This document shows positions 1 through 12,746 of a DNA stretch of 64,000 bases, in pieces (position 1 is the first letter of the stretch; every line of letters begins with the position of its first letter). Origin of the DNA: Octopus sinensis (Eukaryota); the NCBI RefSeq assembly GCF_006345805.1, contig NC_043000.1, forward strand, positions 18,662,001 to 18,726,000, written 5' to 3'. The translations under genes and the position numbers were made by a program. The notes beneath the pieces were generated by a model that worked only from the letters and a program-made list of their open reading frames with translations, did not search any database and was not told where the DNA came from.

Positions 1-804
1 ATGTATGTATGTATGCATGTATGTATGTATGCATGTATGCATGCATGTATGTATGTATGCATGTATGTATGTATGTATGTATGTATGCATGTATGTATGT
101 ATGTATGTATGCATGCATGTATGTATGTATGTATATATGTATGTATGTATGTATGCATGCATGTATGTATGTATGTATGTATATGTATGTATGATGTATG
201 CATGTATGTATGTATGTATGCATGCATGTATGTATCTGTATTGTATGTATGTATGTATGTATGTATGTATGCATGTATGCATGTATGCATGTATATATGT
301 AGTATGTATGTAGTATGTATGATGCATGCATGTATGTATATATGTATGTATGTATGTATTATGATGTATGTATGTATGTATGTATGTAGTATGTACGCAT
401 GTATGTATGTATGTATGTATGTATGCATGATGCATGTATGTATGTATGTATGTATGCATGTATGTATGTATGTATGTATGCATGTATGTATGTATGCATG
501 TATGCATGTATGCATGTATGCATGTATGTATGTATTTATGCATGTATGCATGTATGTATGTATGTATGTATGCATGTATGCATGTATGTATGTATGCATG
601 TATGCATGTATGTATGTATGTATGCATGTATGTATGTATGTATGTATGTATGTATGTATGCATGTATGTATGTATGTATGCATGCATGCATGTATGTATA
701 TATGCATGTATGCATGTATGTATGTATGCATGTATGCATGTATGTATGTACGTACGTATGTATGTATGTATGTATGTATGTATGTATGTATGTATGTATG
801 TATA
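1..804. repeat. (ATGT)n microsatellite with interspersed ATGC units
   Basis: Direct reading; explains the MYVC/HTYI ORFs. Confidence 0.98.
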
Positions 805-2763
805 TGTTCAACCCCTTTAAAGGAGTAGATGGAGCTCCTAGGTTTAACAAAACCGTGGGGAAGGCAATCTGTTTAGGAGAAGGTAACTCCGAATTCAAAT
901 CCTTCACTGCTGGCTGGCAGTTAGCCTTTGGTTGGGCAAAGACTGGGAGAAGGACACTCTGATATAAAACGACTGGAGAGGTTAAACTTCGGGATGATAA
1001 AGCATGCAACCTCCATAATCACCCAGTCATCTTGCTTTGGTTTGTCACTGGATATCAGATTTTGGGGGAGGAATGGGTGCTATACATGTCATACAAGTGT
1101 GTGGCATTGATATTTAAATGTACAGATATCTCTTCAAGTCTCACGGCGATGGAATAGTGGCGACATGTGCAAGCTTAATGGCCTAGGAGCGCATAGCCAC
1201 GAATCTGCACGTGGGTGGCTCAGGGCCCATCTATCATTGCTGCGTTGTTGAAAGAACAGCAGCATGCTTCGGTGAGGTCGAGAGCGTCTGAGCAGCCCTC
1301 TCTAGGGTAGCACTGCTCACCCGGAAATCTGGGAAAGGTCTAGAAAACAAATTCCTGTTCTACGATCAATCTGGTCAGCAACCTGCAGTTGGCGGCTGTT
1401 CACTACAGCAGAAAGAATACAAAGCGAAAACATGCAAGCATGAAATATAGATTATGGATAGGTGTATGGAATGTCAGGACACTTCTTGATCATGAAGGGT
1501 CAAGTAACCTTGAATGGTGAACTGGCATAATAGCCAAGGAGTTGGCTTGGTATAACATCGACATTGCTGCACTCTCTGAAACTCGGTTGAGTGATGAAGA
1601 TCAGTTGACTGACACAGGTGCCGGAAGGGTAAACCAGAGGTTGAAAAACAAGTAGTGGGTGTTGGCTTTGCCATTCCTACCGAGTTAACCCACAAAGTAG
1701 AACAACCTAATGGTTCCAGTGATAGGATTATGTATCTTTGAGCTCCTCTATCATACAATTGTTTTATGACTGTTATTTCTGTTTATGCTCCTACTCTTGA
1801 TAGCAACAGTGAATCTATTATGGCTTTTTATGAAGATCACATATCGGTTATGATTTCGATTTCAAATGCAGATAAGATCTTCCTTCTTGGCGATTTCAAC
1901 ACTCGTATTGGATGCGATTATGAGACCTGGGATGCACTAGGGAGACATGGTTTGGGTAAAATGAACGCTAATGGTCTCCATCTTCTTCAGCTTTGCACTG
2001 AACTTGATCTTGTCATCTGCAACACTGTTTTTCATCAGAAGGATATCCATAAAGCTACCTGGATGCACCCAAGACCCAAACATGGGTATATCCTTGATTA
2101 CCTTATCACCAGAAACTGAGATCTTCCAGATGTTTGCACTGTCCAAGTCATGCGAGGTGCAGAATGTGGGACTGACCATATGCTCATACGCGGTAAATTG
2201 AAACTCCGCATCATGCATAGAATAAGATCTGGAGGGACAAAACGTATTGATGTGTTGAAATTAAGGGACTCTAAGGTGCAAGCGAATCTTAGAAATGCTA
2301 TTAGAGGAGCGGAATTTGATGGAAGGTTCTTGGTCTCATTAACAGAAAACGTCGGGACTGGTATGATGAGAACGATCGATCTACAGATCATTAAACTTCT
2401 TGAGGATGAAAATAAGTTGCACCAAAAATACCTCGGTGCCCCAGATGAGGATAAAAAGCCCTTACTGCAGTCTCTCAAAAGGATTAAAATCATCACTCCA
2501 AAGAACGATGCCACAAATGATATATCACTTGATCGGACAAGTATTTGGTTCTCGGTCTTCATTTGTGGTACCACTCAAGTCTAAAGGCAGCTTCTTTCTC
2601 TTCAAAGATCATGAGGGTATCATGAAACGTTGGACTTAGCACTTCACTGACCTCTTTTACAATCCTTCAGTTCTTGATGAAGATGTCATCAGTAAGATTC
2701 TTGTTTTAGTTTCTTCTGAAAGTTGCCGCATTTAGTTGATGTGTTCAACACCAAACGAAGAGT

Positions 2764-3159
2764 GGCGCAGGAGTGGCTGTGTGGTAAGTAGCTTGCTAAC
2801 CAACCACATGGTTCCGGGTTCAGTCCCACTGCGTGGCATCTTGGGCAAGTGTCTTCTACTATAGCCTCGGGCCGACCAATGCCTTGTGAGTGGATTTGGT
2901 AGACGGAAACTGAAAGAAGCCTGTCGTATATATGTATATATATATGTGTGTCTGTGTTTGTCCCCCTAGCATTGCTTGACGACCGATGCTGGTGTGTTTA
3001 TGTCCCCGTCACTTAGCGGTTCGGCAAAAGAGACCGATAGAATAAGTACTGGGCTTTAAAAGAATAAGTCCCGGGGTCGAGTGTTGCTCGACTAAAGGCG
3101 GTGCTCCAGCATGGCCGCAGTCAAATGACTGAAACAAGTAAAAGAGTAAAAGAGAGAGT
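2764..3159 (+). mobile_element. SINE-B (tRNA-derived head, CORE-like ttgggcaagtgtctt, internal TA/TG microsatellite, GTAAAAGA tail)
   Basis: Head ggcgcaggagtggctgtgtggtaag...ggttcagtccc; about 14 copies in window. Confidence 0.9.
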
Positions 3160-3275
3160 AATCTGCCCCAAAAGGACATCATTCATGAGATGATGGAACA
3201 TCCAACTATAAATGAGATCAAAAAGACAATCAAAGGAATACCGAGAAAGCACCAGGTCTTGACGGTATTCCTGTT

Positions 3276-3692
3276 AAGGCGGCAAACTGGCAGAATCGTT
3301 AGCACGCCGGGCGAAATGCTTAGCAGTATTTAGTCTGCCGCTACGTTCTGAGTTCAAATTCCGTCGAGGTCGACTTTGCCTTTCATCCTTTCGGGGTCGA
3401 TTAAATAAGTACCAGTTACGCACTGGGGTCGATATAATCGACTTAATCTGTTTGTCTGTCCTTGTTTGTCCTCTCTGTGTTTAGCCCCTTGTGGGTAGTA
3501 AAGAAACAGGTATTTCGTCTGCCGCTACGTTGTGAGTTCAAATTCCGCCGAGGTCGACTTTGCCTTTCATCCTTTCGGGGTCGATTAAATAAGTACCAGT
3601 TACGCACTGGGGTCGATATAATCGACTTAAACCGTTTGTCTGTCCTTGTTTGTCCTCTTTGTATTTAGTCCCTTGTGGGCAGTAAAGAAATA
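3276..3692 (+). mobile_element. SINE-C, head plus two tandem ~178-bp body units
   Basis: 12-bp TSD ggtattcctgtt at 3264-3275 and 3693-3704; body contains ccgaggtcgactttgcctttcatcctttcggggtcga. Confidence 0.9.
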
Positions 3693-4093
3693 GGTATTCC
3701 TGTTGAAATTCTCCTCCACGGTAAGCGGGGGGGGGGTAATGGGCTTGATGTAGAGATCCACCATCTACTACCAGGACTATGGCTGTCAGTGTGTTGTGTG
3801 CGGCTTGCTTATATTGTTAAATACAATGATTGCTTATATTTGATGTCATTTTAATGGAGTTGGGGAGTGTTGCTATGGAGAAGGAAAATTGTGGATTTGA
3901 CAGGTAATACTTTAAAGGGTTAACTTTGTGTACTAAATTTCTTAATGGTTTAATGTAGGATGGAAATAGTTTTGTATTTATATCTAGGGATTGGAAATAT
4001 GTATACGAGGTGGAGTTGGACGTAATTACATAGTTTTTGTGATGAGTCAAAGGATGTGTGTAAGGTTTTGAGATGTATGTGGCTCAGATTAAT

Positions 4094-4310
4094 TACTCTC
4101 TTTTACTCTTTTTACTTGTTTCAGTCATTTGACTGCGGCCATGCTGGAGCACCGCATTTAGTCGGGCAAATCGACCCCGGGACTTATTCTTTGTAAGCCT
4201 AGTACTTATTCTATCGGTCTCTTTTTGCCGAACCGCTAAGTAACGGGGACATAAACACTCCAGCATCGGTTGTCAAGCAATGCTAGGGGGACAAACACAG
4301 ACACACAAAC

Positions 4311-4351
<41 letters not shown>

Positions 4352-4561
4352 ATATATATATATATATATAATATATATATATACACACACATATATACGA
4401 CAGGCTTCTTTCAGTTTCCGTCTACCAAATCCACTCACAAGGCATTGGTCGGCCCGGGGCTATAGCAGAAGACACTTGCCCAAGATGCCACGCAGTGAGA
4501 CTGAACCCGGAACCATGTGGTTAGATAGCAAGCTACCTACCACACAGCCACTCCTGCGCCT
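4094..4561 (-). mobile_element. SINE-B, full length
   Basis: Reverse complement of the 2764 copy. Confidence 0.9.
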
Positions 4562-4773
4562 ATATATATATATATATACATATTATTATTGCAATTGTGA
4601 AACTCGCTGCACTTAACTTTTGGTACTAGCAATACTGTTTTTGTTGTTGTTCTTATTGCAGTAGCGGCTTTTGTTGTTACAGCAGAGAAATGAAATCGTA
4701 TTTCTTGAGGCTCGCTTAGTGAATCTTTGCAGCTAAACGAACCGTATGTAATCTCTATTCTTATTTATTTAAG

Positions 4774-5069
4774 CGCCCTTTTCAAGCTTAGCCAGGCTCA
4801 TGGGCCCCTTTTTAACTCGGTTTCTATGTGTTCCCCTCAGGTAGACGGGACGCCAGTCCATCGCAGCGTTACTCAAGAAACAGAAAGAAAGAGTGAGAGA
4901 AAGTTGGGGCGAAAGAGTACAACAGGGATCGCCACCACCCCTGCCGGTGCCTCGTGGAGCTTTAGGTGTTTTCGCTCAATAAACACACACAACGCCCGGT
5001 CTGGGAATCGAAACCGCGATTCCTCCGACTGCGTGTCCGCTGCCCTAACCACTGGGCCATTGCGCCTCC
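4774..5069 (-). mobile_element. SINE-A, tail type 2
   Basis: Head ggaggcgcaatggcccagtggttagggcagcggac; tail gcgatggactggcgtccc...tgaaaagggcg. Confidence 0.88.
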
Positions 5070-5329
5070 ACAATGTCCATTCTGCACATATTCAACTACA
5101 TCTGTTTTCTTCACTCTCAACACGTAACCCACTAAGTTTTTATTTTTATCTTTGTGTTTACAGCGAGGCCACTTAATTTTGAATGACTGAGTATCTGGCT
5201 GCAAATACTTAGGATGTGAATATAAGTGTTTCAGCGTTTAAGAGTCTAAGATGTGTTGCTACTGTATAACGTAATGCACACACATACACACATACACACA
5301 TACACACGCACAAACGCACGCACACACTC

Positions 5330-5379
<50 letters not shown>

Positions 5380-5528
5380 TATATGAAAGAATGGAGTTGA
5401 ACGACTAGTTAACAAATATCCTTTATTCTCGACATATGTTTCGAAGGCTGCATATTTGCTACCCAGGTATCGGTTATCTTTCGAATTATCCTTAATAAGA
5501 TAATTCATTCAATTACTCAAATATATGC

Positions 5529-5631
<103 letters not shown>

Positions 5632-6007
5632 ATGCATACTCACATAAACAAACATTTGTCAGTGGTTTTGTATATATGTATAGGAGAACATACACACATG
5701 TACACACATACATCTACCCATCCCCACACGTGTCGTTGCTATTATGTTAAACTATCGTATGTCCAAACTTAGCCATATGGGTTTTGTCAATATTTATTTT
5801 CGCATGCAATAGTCGGCTCTTTTGGTCAAACTATCGTATCTCCAGCTGATTCAGATGCCAAGATATCAAAAATTGTCAAAGTGTAGTACAACGGTTTCGC
5901 TATGGAATGGCGAAACTACTTTTTCGTTTTCTGAAAAAGAAACGTTCTGGACTAACGAAATATTTGCATAAAAGTAACGATGTATATATGTGTATGTATG
6001 TATGTGT

Positions 6008-6356
6008 GGAGGCGCCATGGCCCAGTGGTTAGGGCAGCGGACTCGCGGTCATAGGATCGCGGTTTCGATTCCCAGACCGGGCGTTGTGAGTGTTTATTGA
6101 GCGAAAACACCTAAAGCTCCACTAGGATCCAGCAGGGGATGGTGGTGATCCCTGCTGTACTCTTTCACCACAACTTTCTCTCACTCTTACTTCCTGTTTC
6201 TGTTGTACCTGTATTTCAAAGGGCCGGCCTTGTCACTCTCTGTGTCACGCTGAATATCCCCGAGATAAGGGTGCACGTGTCTGTGGAGTGCTCAGTCACT
6301 TACACGTCAATTTCACGAGCAGGCTGTTCCGTTGATTCGGATCAACCGGAACCCTC
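6008..6356 (+). mobile_element. SINE-A, tail type 1
   Basis: tRNA-like head with A/B boxes; tail cacgagcaggctgttccgttgattcggatcaaccggaaccctc. Confidence 0.9.
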
Positions 6357-6529
6357 ATTTTGCTTCCAAAATTTATGTATGTATGTATGTATGTATGTAT
6401 GTATGTATGTATGTATGTATGTACACACATACACACACACAGACACACACACACACACACATATATATATTCATACATACATACATGCATACATACATAC
6501 ATACATGCATACGTACGTACGTACATAAG

Positions 6530-6761
6530 AACTCTATAATGAAATCCATCGGAAGGATAATCTCGAGGACAAAGAAATAAAACCCCACGATATGGTAGAA
6601 GCCATAGCCACTAATAATGAAAAGAATACTGGTGGAATGTCCCAGTGAAGACCTCAATAAAATGTAAGCACAACAGGCCTGATATAGTGATTAGGGATGG
6701 AGAAAAAGAGAAACTGTGCACAGTTGTGGAAATTAGCTGCCCAGCGGATGTTAACATAAAG
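6530..6761 (+). mobile_element. R4/Dong-like non-LTR retrotransposon fragment (restriction-like endonuclease domain)
   Basis: EYWWNVPVKTSIKCKHNRPDIVIRD...VVEISCPADVNI; matches 23560-23935 and 61700-62620. Confidence 0.78.
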
Positions 6762-6785
6762 CACGTGCACATACACACACATGCA

Positions 6786-7990
6786 AGCTGTGGCTGTGTG
6801 GTTCCGAGTTCAGTTCCACTACGTGGAACTTTGGGCAAGTGTCTTCTTCTATGACCTCGGCCCGACCAAAGCCTTGTGAGTGAATTTGGAAAACAGAAAC
6901 TGAAAGAAGACCCTGTGTGTGTGTTCGTGTGTGTGTGTGTATATATGTGTGTGTGTGTGTGTGCGTGCGTGCGCACGCACCCACGTGCTTATGTTTATCC
7001 CGCTATCTCCGCTTAACAACCGTTGTTGGTGTGTTTACGTCCCCACAATTTAGCGGTTCGGCAAAATAGACCGATAGAATAAGTACTAAGCTTTAAAATG
7101 TACAAAAGTCGATTCATTCGACTAAAATCTCTTCCAGGCGGTGCCCCAGCAGGACCGTAGTCTTATGACTAAAACAAGTGAAAAATATTGCTTACAACCA
7201 CATGGTTCCGGGTTCAGTCCCACGGCATGGCACCTTGAACAAGTGTTTTCTACTATAGCCTCGGGCCGACCAAAGATTTGTGAGTGGATTTGGCAGACGG
7301 AAACTGAAAGAAGCCCGTCGTATGTATGTATATGTATATATATATATATGTATGTGTGTGTGTATTTGTGTGTCTGTGTTTGCCCCCCCCCCTCAACATC
7401 GCTTGACAACCGTTGCTGGTATGTTTACGTTCTCGTAACTTAGCGGTTCGGCAAAAAAGACCGATTGAATAAGTACTAGGCTTACAAAGAATAAGTCCTG
7501 GGGTCGATTTGCTCGACTGAAGGCAGTGCTCCAGCATGGCCACAGTCAAATGACTGAAGCTAGTAAAAGAGTAAAAGAGTATATATTGTGTGGTAAGTGG
7601 CTTGCTAACCAACCACATGGTTCCGGGTTCAGTCCCACTGCGTGGCATCTTGGGCAAGTGTCTTCTGCTATAGCCCCAGGCCGACCAATGCCTTGTGAGT
7701 GGATTTGGTAGACGGAAACTGAAAGAAGCCTGTCGTATATGTGTTTATATATATAAGTGTGTGTGTATATGTTTGTGTGTCTGTGTTTGTCCCCCCACAA
7801 TTGCTTAACAACCGACGGTGGTGTGTTTACGTCCCCGTAACTTAGCGGTTCAGCAAAAGAGACTCATAGAATAAGTACTGGGCTTACAAAGAATAAGTCC
7901 CGGGGTCGATTTGCTCGACTAAAGGCGGTGCTGCATGGCCGCAGTCAAATGACTGAAACAAGTAAAAAAGTAAAAAAAAAAGTAAAAGTA
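6786..7990 (+). mobile_element. Three consecutive SINE-B-type copies (variant B', 5'-truncated B, B)
   Basis: Repeated ggttcagtcccac / gactgaaacaagtaaaa modules. Confidence 0.85.
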
Positions 7991-7999
7991 ATATATATA

Positions 8000-8504
8000 T
8001 CTATATATATAAAACTCTAGTTGTGTGAGTGTCTGTCCCCTTCGATTTAGATTCCTAACTACTCCCACATTTTGCGGTGCAGTTTAACCAAATTCGGGTA
8101 TCTTATAGTCGTGATTCATATCGAGCCCGTCTGACTATTAGCGCGCGTCAACGATGAGTCTACGATTTTAAAAATAATTTAACATCATTTTTTATTCCAT
8201 TTTAATGCATAAAATGCATCGTATGTCGATGGCAGCGGAGTTGGCGTCCACGCTCACAGCTGCACCTGTTTGCTTCTCCCCTTCCCTCCCTCGTGAAGCT
8301 GTGGGGAAGGGAGCGTAAAGAAATCAACGTCGTAATGCGTTGTGAAGGAGACCAGCGTTCTTTTAGAACAACGACTTCATGGCTTGAAGACACCAAAACA
8401 AAAATGGCTAAGAAAGCCCGAATTTATAAGGGAAGTAACTCTCTAAAAATGCTTATATAGTTATTTCCCTTACAAACCCGAGCAACGCCGGGCGATACTG
8501 CTAG
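8000..8504 (+). mobile_element. Non-autonomous Helitron, unit 1 of tandem triplet
   Basis: A|TC 5' end (tctatatatataaaa), 3' hairpin cccgagcaacgccggg then ctag|t. Confidence 0.85.
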
Positions 8505-8506
8505 TA

Positions 8507-9022
8507 TCTATATATATGTAAAGCTGTAGTTGTGCGAGTGTCTGTCTCCTACGATTTAGATTCCTAACTACTCCCACATTTTGCCGTGCAGTTTAACCAA
8601 ATTCGGGTATCTTATAGTCGTGATTCATATCGAGCCCGTCTGGGTATTAGCGCGCGTCTACGATGAGTCTACGATTTTAAAAATAATTTAACATCATTTT
8701 TTATTCCATTTTAATGCATAATTTTTCGTGTGTCGATGGCAGCGGAGTTGACGTCCACGCTCACGCCTGCACCTGTGTTGCTTCTCCCCCTTCTTCCCTC
8801 CCTCGTGAAGCTGTGGGGAAGGGAGTTTAAGGAAAGCAACGTCGTAAAGCGTTGTCAAGGAGACCAGCGTTCTTTTAGAACAACGACTTCATGGCTTGAA
8901 GACACCGAAACATAAATGGCTAAGAAAGCCCGAATTGGCATCTATAAAGGAAGTAACACTCTAAAAATGCTTATATAGTTATTTCCCTTACAAACCCGAG
9001 CAACGACGGGCGATACTGCTAG
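8507..9022 (+). mobile_element. Non-autonomous Helitron, unit 2
   Basis: Same termini, high similarity to unit 1. Confidence 0.85.
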
Positions 9023-9028
9023 TATATA

Positions 9029-9545
9029 TCTATATATATAAAACTCTAGTTGTGTGAGTGTCTGTCCCCTTCGATTTAGATTCCTAACTCCTCCCACATT
9101 TTGCGGTGCAGTTTAACCAAATTCGGGTATCTAATAGCCGTGATTCATATCGAGCCCGTCTGACTATTAGCGCGCGTCAACGATGAGTCTACGATTTTAA
9201 AAATAATTTAACATCATTTTTTATTCCATTTTAATGCATAATTTTTCGTGTGTCGATGGAGGCGGAGTTGGCGTCCACGCTCAAACACCTGCACCTGTGT
9301 TTGCTTCTCCCCCTTCTTCCCTCCCTCGTGAAGCTGTGGGGAAGGGAGTATAAGGAAATCAACGTCGTAATGCGTTGTAAAGGAGACCAGCGTTCTTTTA
9401 GAACAACGACTTCATGGCTTGAAGACACCAAAACAGAAATGGCTAAGAAAGCCCGAATTGGCATCTATAAGGGAAGTAACTCTCTAAAAATGCTTATATA
9501 GTTATTTCCCTTACAAACCCGAGCAACGCCGGGCGATACTGCTAG
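9029..9545 (+). mobile_element. Non-autonomous Helitron, unit 3
   Basis: Same termini. Confidence 0.85.
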
Positions 9546-9924
9546 TATATATATATATATATATATTCATATGAAACTTGCTCCTTTCCTATACACACAG
9601 ATATTCCTTTTCTTATCTCTAACTTTTCCTATCTTTCTATCTCATTCTCTCTCTCTCTCTTTTTCTGTCTCTTTCTCTGCTTCTATCTCTCTTTTCTTCT
9701 CTCCCCTCTCATATACGTAAGTGTATATAGAATACACCCACAGACCCTGTCTTTTCCTCAACTCTTAGAAAACGTTTCAAGCTATACAAAGGGAAAGAAC
9801 TCTGGATGCCTTCACTGAATTTCGATAGATTCCTTTTGTTTTATTTCCTTCTTGGCCTATACTGACTTTCTTGAAGCCAAATGGTTTATTTTGCTTTTGC
9901 TCTTCTACCTGATTTTTTTTTGGT

Positions 9925-10156
9925 GGACACGCAATGGCCCAGTGGTTAGGGAAGCGGACTCGCGGTCGGAGGTTCGCGGTTTCGATCCCCAGACTGGGCG
10001 TTGTGTGTGTTTATTGAGCGAAAACACCTAAAACACCACGAGGCTCCGGCAGGGGGTGGTGGCGACCCCTGTTGTACTCTTTCGCCACAACTTTCTCTCA
10101 CCCTGTCTTCCTGTTTCTTGTGTAACGCTGCGATGGACTGGCGTCCCATCCCGCTG
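9925..10156 (+). mobile_element. SINE-A, tail type 2, 3'-truncated
   Basis: Head plus gcgatggactggcgtcccatccc. Confidence 0.85.
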
Positions 10157-10225
10157 GTGAGAGACCAATAAACAAAACAAGAAAATGATAAAAGATAAAC
10201 AAAGTATATATATATATATATATAT

Positions 10226-10418
10226 GCGTGTTTGTGTTTGTCCCCCTAGCATTGCTTGACAACCGATGCTGGTGTGTTTATGTCCCCGTTACTTAGCGTT
10301 TCGGCAATATAAGTACTGGGCTTACAAAGAATAAGTCCCGGGGTCGAGTTGCTCGATTAAAGGCGGTGCTCCAGCATGGCCGCAGTCAAATGACTGAAAC
10401 AAGTAAAAGAGAGTAAAG
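10226..10418 (+). mobile_element. SINE-B 3' half
   Basis: tgtccccctagcattgcttgacaacc...gaaacaagtaaaagag. Confidence 0.85.
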
Positions 10419-10449
10419 TATTTTCGAGGTGCATTCAAATTTTTTTGGT

Positions 10450-10752
10450 GGAGGTGCAATGGCCCTGTGGTTAGGGTAGTGGACTCACGGTCGGAGGTTC
10501 GCGGTTTCGATTCCCAGACTGGGCAGTGTGTGTTTATTGAGCGAAAGCACCTAAAACATCACGAGGCTCCGACAGGGGATGATGGCGACCCCTATTGTAC
10601 TCTTTCGCCACAACTTTCTCTTACTCTCTCTTCTTGTTTCTTGTGTAATGCTGCGATGGACTGGCGTCCCGTCCAGCTGCGGGTGGGGGAACACATACTC
10701 CACAGAAACCAGGAAATCGGGCCCATGAGCCTGGCTAGGCTTGAAAAGGGCG
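10450..10752 (+). mobile_element. SINE-A, tail type 2
   Basis: Ends catgagcctggctaggcttgaaaagggcg. Confidence 0.88.
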
Positions 10753-10892
10753 ACGTTATTCAATTTCTTTTTGCATTTGTTTTTTCCTGTGGATATCGCT
10801 GATGTTGTTGTTGCTGCAACGTTTATTCAATCAGACAACATCGTTGCAACGGCTGCTGTAAAGGTCACGATTATACTCGATATCAAATATTC

Positions 10893-11066
10893 TTTTTACT
10901 CTTTTTACTTGTTTCAGTCATTTGGAGCACCGCCTTTAGTCGAGCAAATCCACCCCAGGACTTATTCTTTGTAAGCCTAGTACATATTCTATCGGTCCCT
11001 TTTGCCGAACCGTAAACACACCAGCATCGGCTGTCAAGCGATGTTGGGAGGACAAACAATCAAACA

Positions 11067-11097
<31 letters not shown>

Positions 11098-11126
11098 CAC
11101 AACACACACACACACACACACACACA

Positions 11127-11182
<56 letters not shown>

Positions 11183-11948
11183 TATATATATATATATATA
11201 CATATATACGACGGGCTTCTTTCAGTTTCCATCTACCAAATCCACTCACAAGGCTTTGGTCGGCCCGAGGCTATAGTAGAACCTGGGGCCATGTGGTTGG
11301 TAAGCAAGCTACTTACCACACAGCCACTCCTACGTCTATGCTGTATCATTATCTTTTAGTATTACTATTTTACTTGTTTCAGTCATTTGACTGTGGCCAT
11401 GCTGGAGCACCGCCTTTAGTCAAACAAATTGATCCCAGGACTTATTCTTTGTAAGCCTAGTACTTATTCTATCGGTCGCTTTTGTCAAACCGCTAGGTAA
11501 CGGGGACGTAAACACACCAGCATCGGTTGTCAAGCGATGTTGGGAGGACAAACACAGACACACAAACACACACACACACATATATATATATATACATATA
11601 TACGACGGGCTTCTTTCAGTTTCCGTCTACCAAATCCACTTTGGTCGGATCCGAGGCTATAGTAGAAGACACTTGCCCAAGGTGCCATGCAGTGGGACTG
11701 AACCCGGAACCATGTGGTTGTAAGCAATATTTTTCACTTGTTTTAGTCATTAGACTACGGTCATGCTGGGGCACCGCCTGGAAGAGATTTTAGTCGAATG
11801 AATCGACTTTTGCACATTTTAAAGCTTAGTACTTATTCTATCGGTCTATTTTGCCGAACCGCTAAACCAAGGTGCGACGCAGTGGGACTGAACCCGGAAC
11901 CAAGTAGTTTGTAAGCAAGCTACTTAGTACACAGCCACTCCTACGCCT
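10893..11948 (-). mobile_element. Cluster of minus-strand SINE-B copies including a B'/B composite
   Basis: Reverse-complement B modules; the 11640-11866 junction matches 7050-7290. Confidence 0.85.
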
Positions 11949-12169
11949 ATGTTGCTGTTATAGTTGCAGTTGGTGTTATTGGTTTAGTTCTACTGCTGTT
12001 ATTGTTGTTATTATGCTCCAGGTCAGCATTAATGTAGCAGACCAATCAATGAACAAAGGAATTACAGCTGTGGACCCTCATCTTTTTGTTTATCACAGAA
12101 CACTCCATTATCTAATCTAATATATTCTTTACTCTTCTAAGGCATGTGTGGCTGCTACTGTGGTTGTCG

Positions 12170-12540
12170 TCGTCTTCTTCTTCTTCTTCTTCTTCTTCTT
12201 CTTCTTCTCCTTCTTCTTCTTTCTTTTTCTTCTCCTTCTTCTTTTTCTTTTTCTTCTTCTTCTTCTTCTTCTTCTTCTTTTTCTTTTTCTTTTTCTTTTT
12301 CTTCTTCTTCTTCTTCTTCTTCTTTTTCTTTTTCTTTTTCTTCTTCTCCTCCTTCTTCTTCTTCTTCTTCTTCTTCTTCGTCTTCTTCTTCTTCTTCTTC
12401 TTTTTCTTTTTCTTCTTCTTCTCCTTCTTCTTCTTCTTCTTCTTCTTCTTCTTCTTCTTCTTCTTCTTCTTCTTCTTCTTCTTCTTTTTCTTTTTCTTTT
12501 TCTTCTTCTTCTTCTTCTTCTTCTTCTTCTTCTTCTTCTT
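12170..12540. repeat. (CTT)n/(CTTTTT)n microsatellite
   Basis: Direct reading; source of poly-K/F/S/L ORFs. Confidence 0.97.
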
Positions 12541-12685
12541 CAAGTCACTGCTTGGAATCGAACTCGGAATTCCACATGCCCGTGGGAATATGGCGTAGTG
12601 GTTAAGAGCGCGGGCTACTAACCCCAAGATTCCGAGTTCGATTCCAAGCAGTGACCTGAACAATAACAATAACAATAACAAGAAC

Positions 12686-12746
<61 letters not shown>

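Larger units (their letters stand above)
835..3720 (+). mobile_element. Degenerate RTE-clade LINE (5' region, AP endonuclease, start of RT), interrupted by SINE-B and SINE-C
   Basis: APE motifs YNIDIAALSETR, VISVYAPT, LLGDFNTRIG, TWMHPR..ILDYLIT; later KAPGLDGIPVEIL spanning the SINE-C insertion; many stops and frameshifts. Confidence 0.88.

Noticed and set aside
1-828. Long ORFs (MYVC/HTYI, poly-IY, poly-K/F/S, poly-ER) here and throughout
   Set aside because: Translations of stop-free microsatellites; no coding signal.
845-975. HDV-like ribozyme in the RTE 5' region (duplicated ggagaagg..actc.ga motif)
   Set aside because: Known for some RTE elements, but I could not fold a nested double pseudoknot by eye; needs a structural-descriptor search.
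5415-5445. GAAAC-ATAT-GTC hammerhead 3' half on the minus strand
   Set aside because: No CTGAnGA half in this copy or in its relative at 61570-61670.
6008-6085. tRNA genes (heads of SINE-A, B, E and F)
   Set aside because: A/B boxes are present but acceptor stems are incomplete and each head continues into a SINE body with TSDs.
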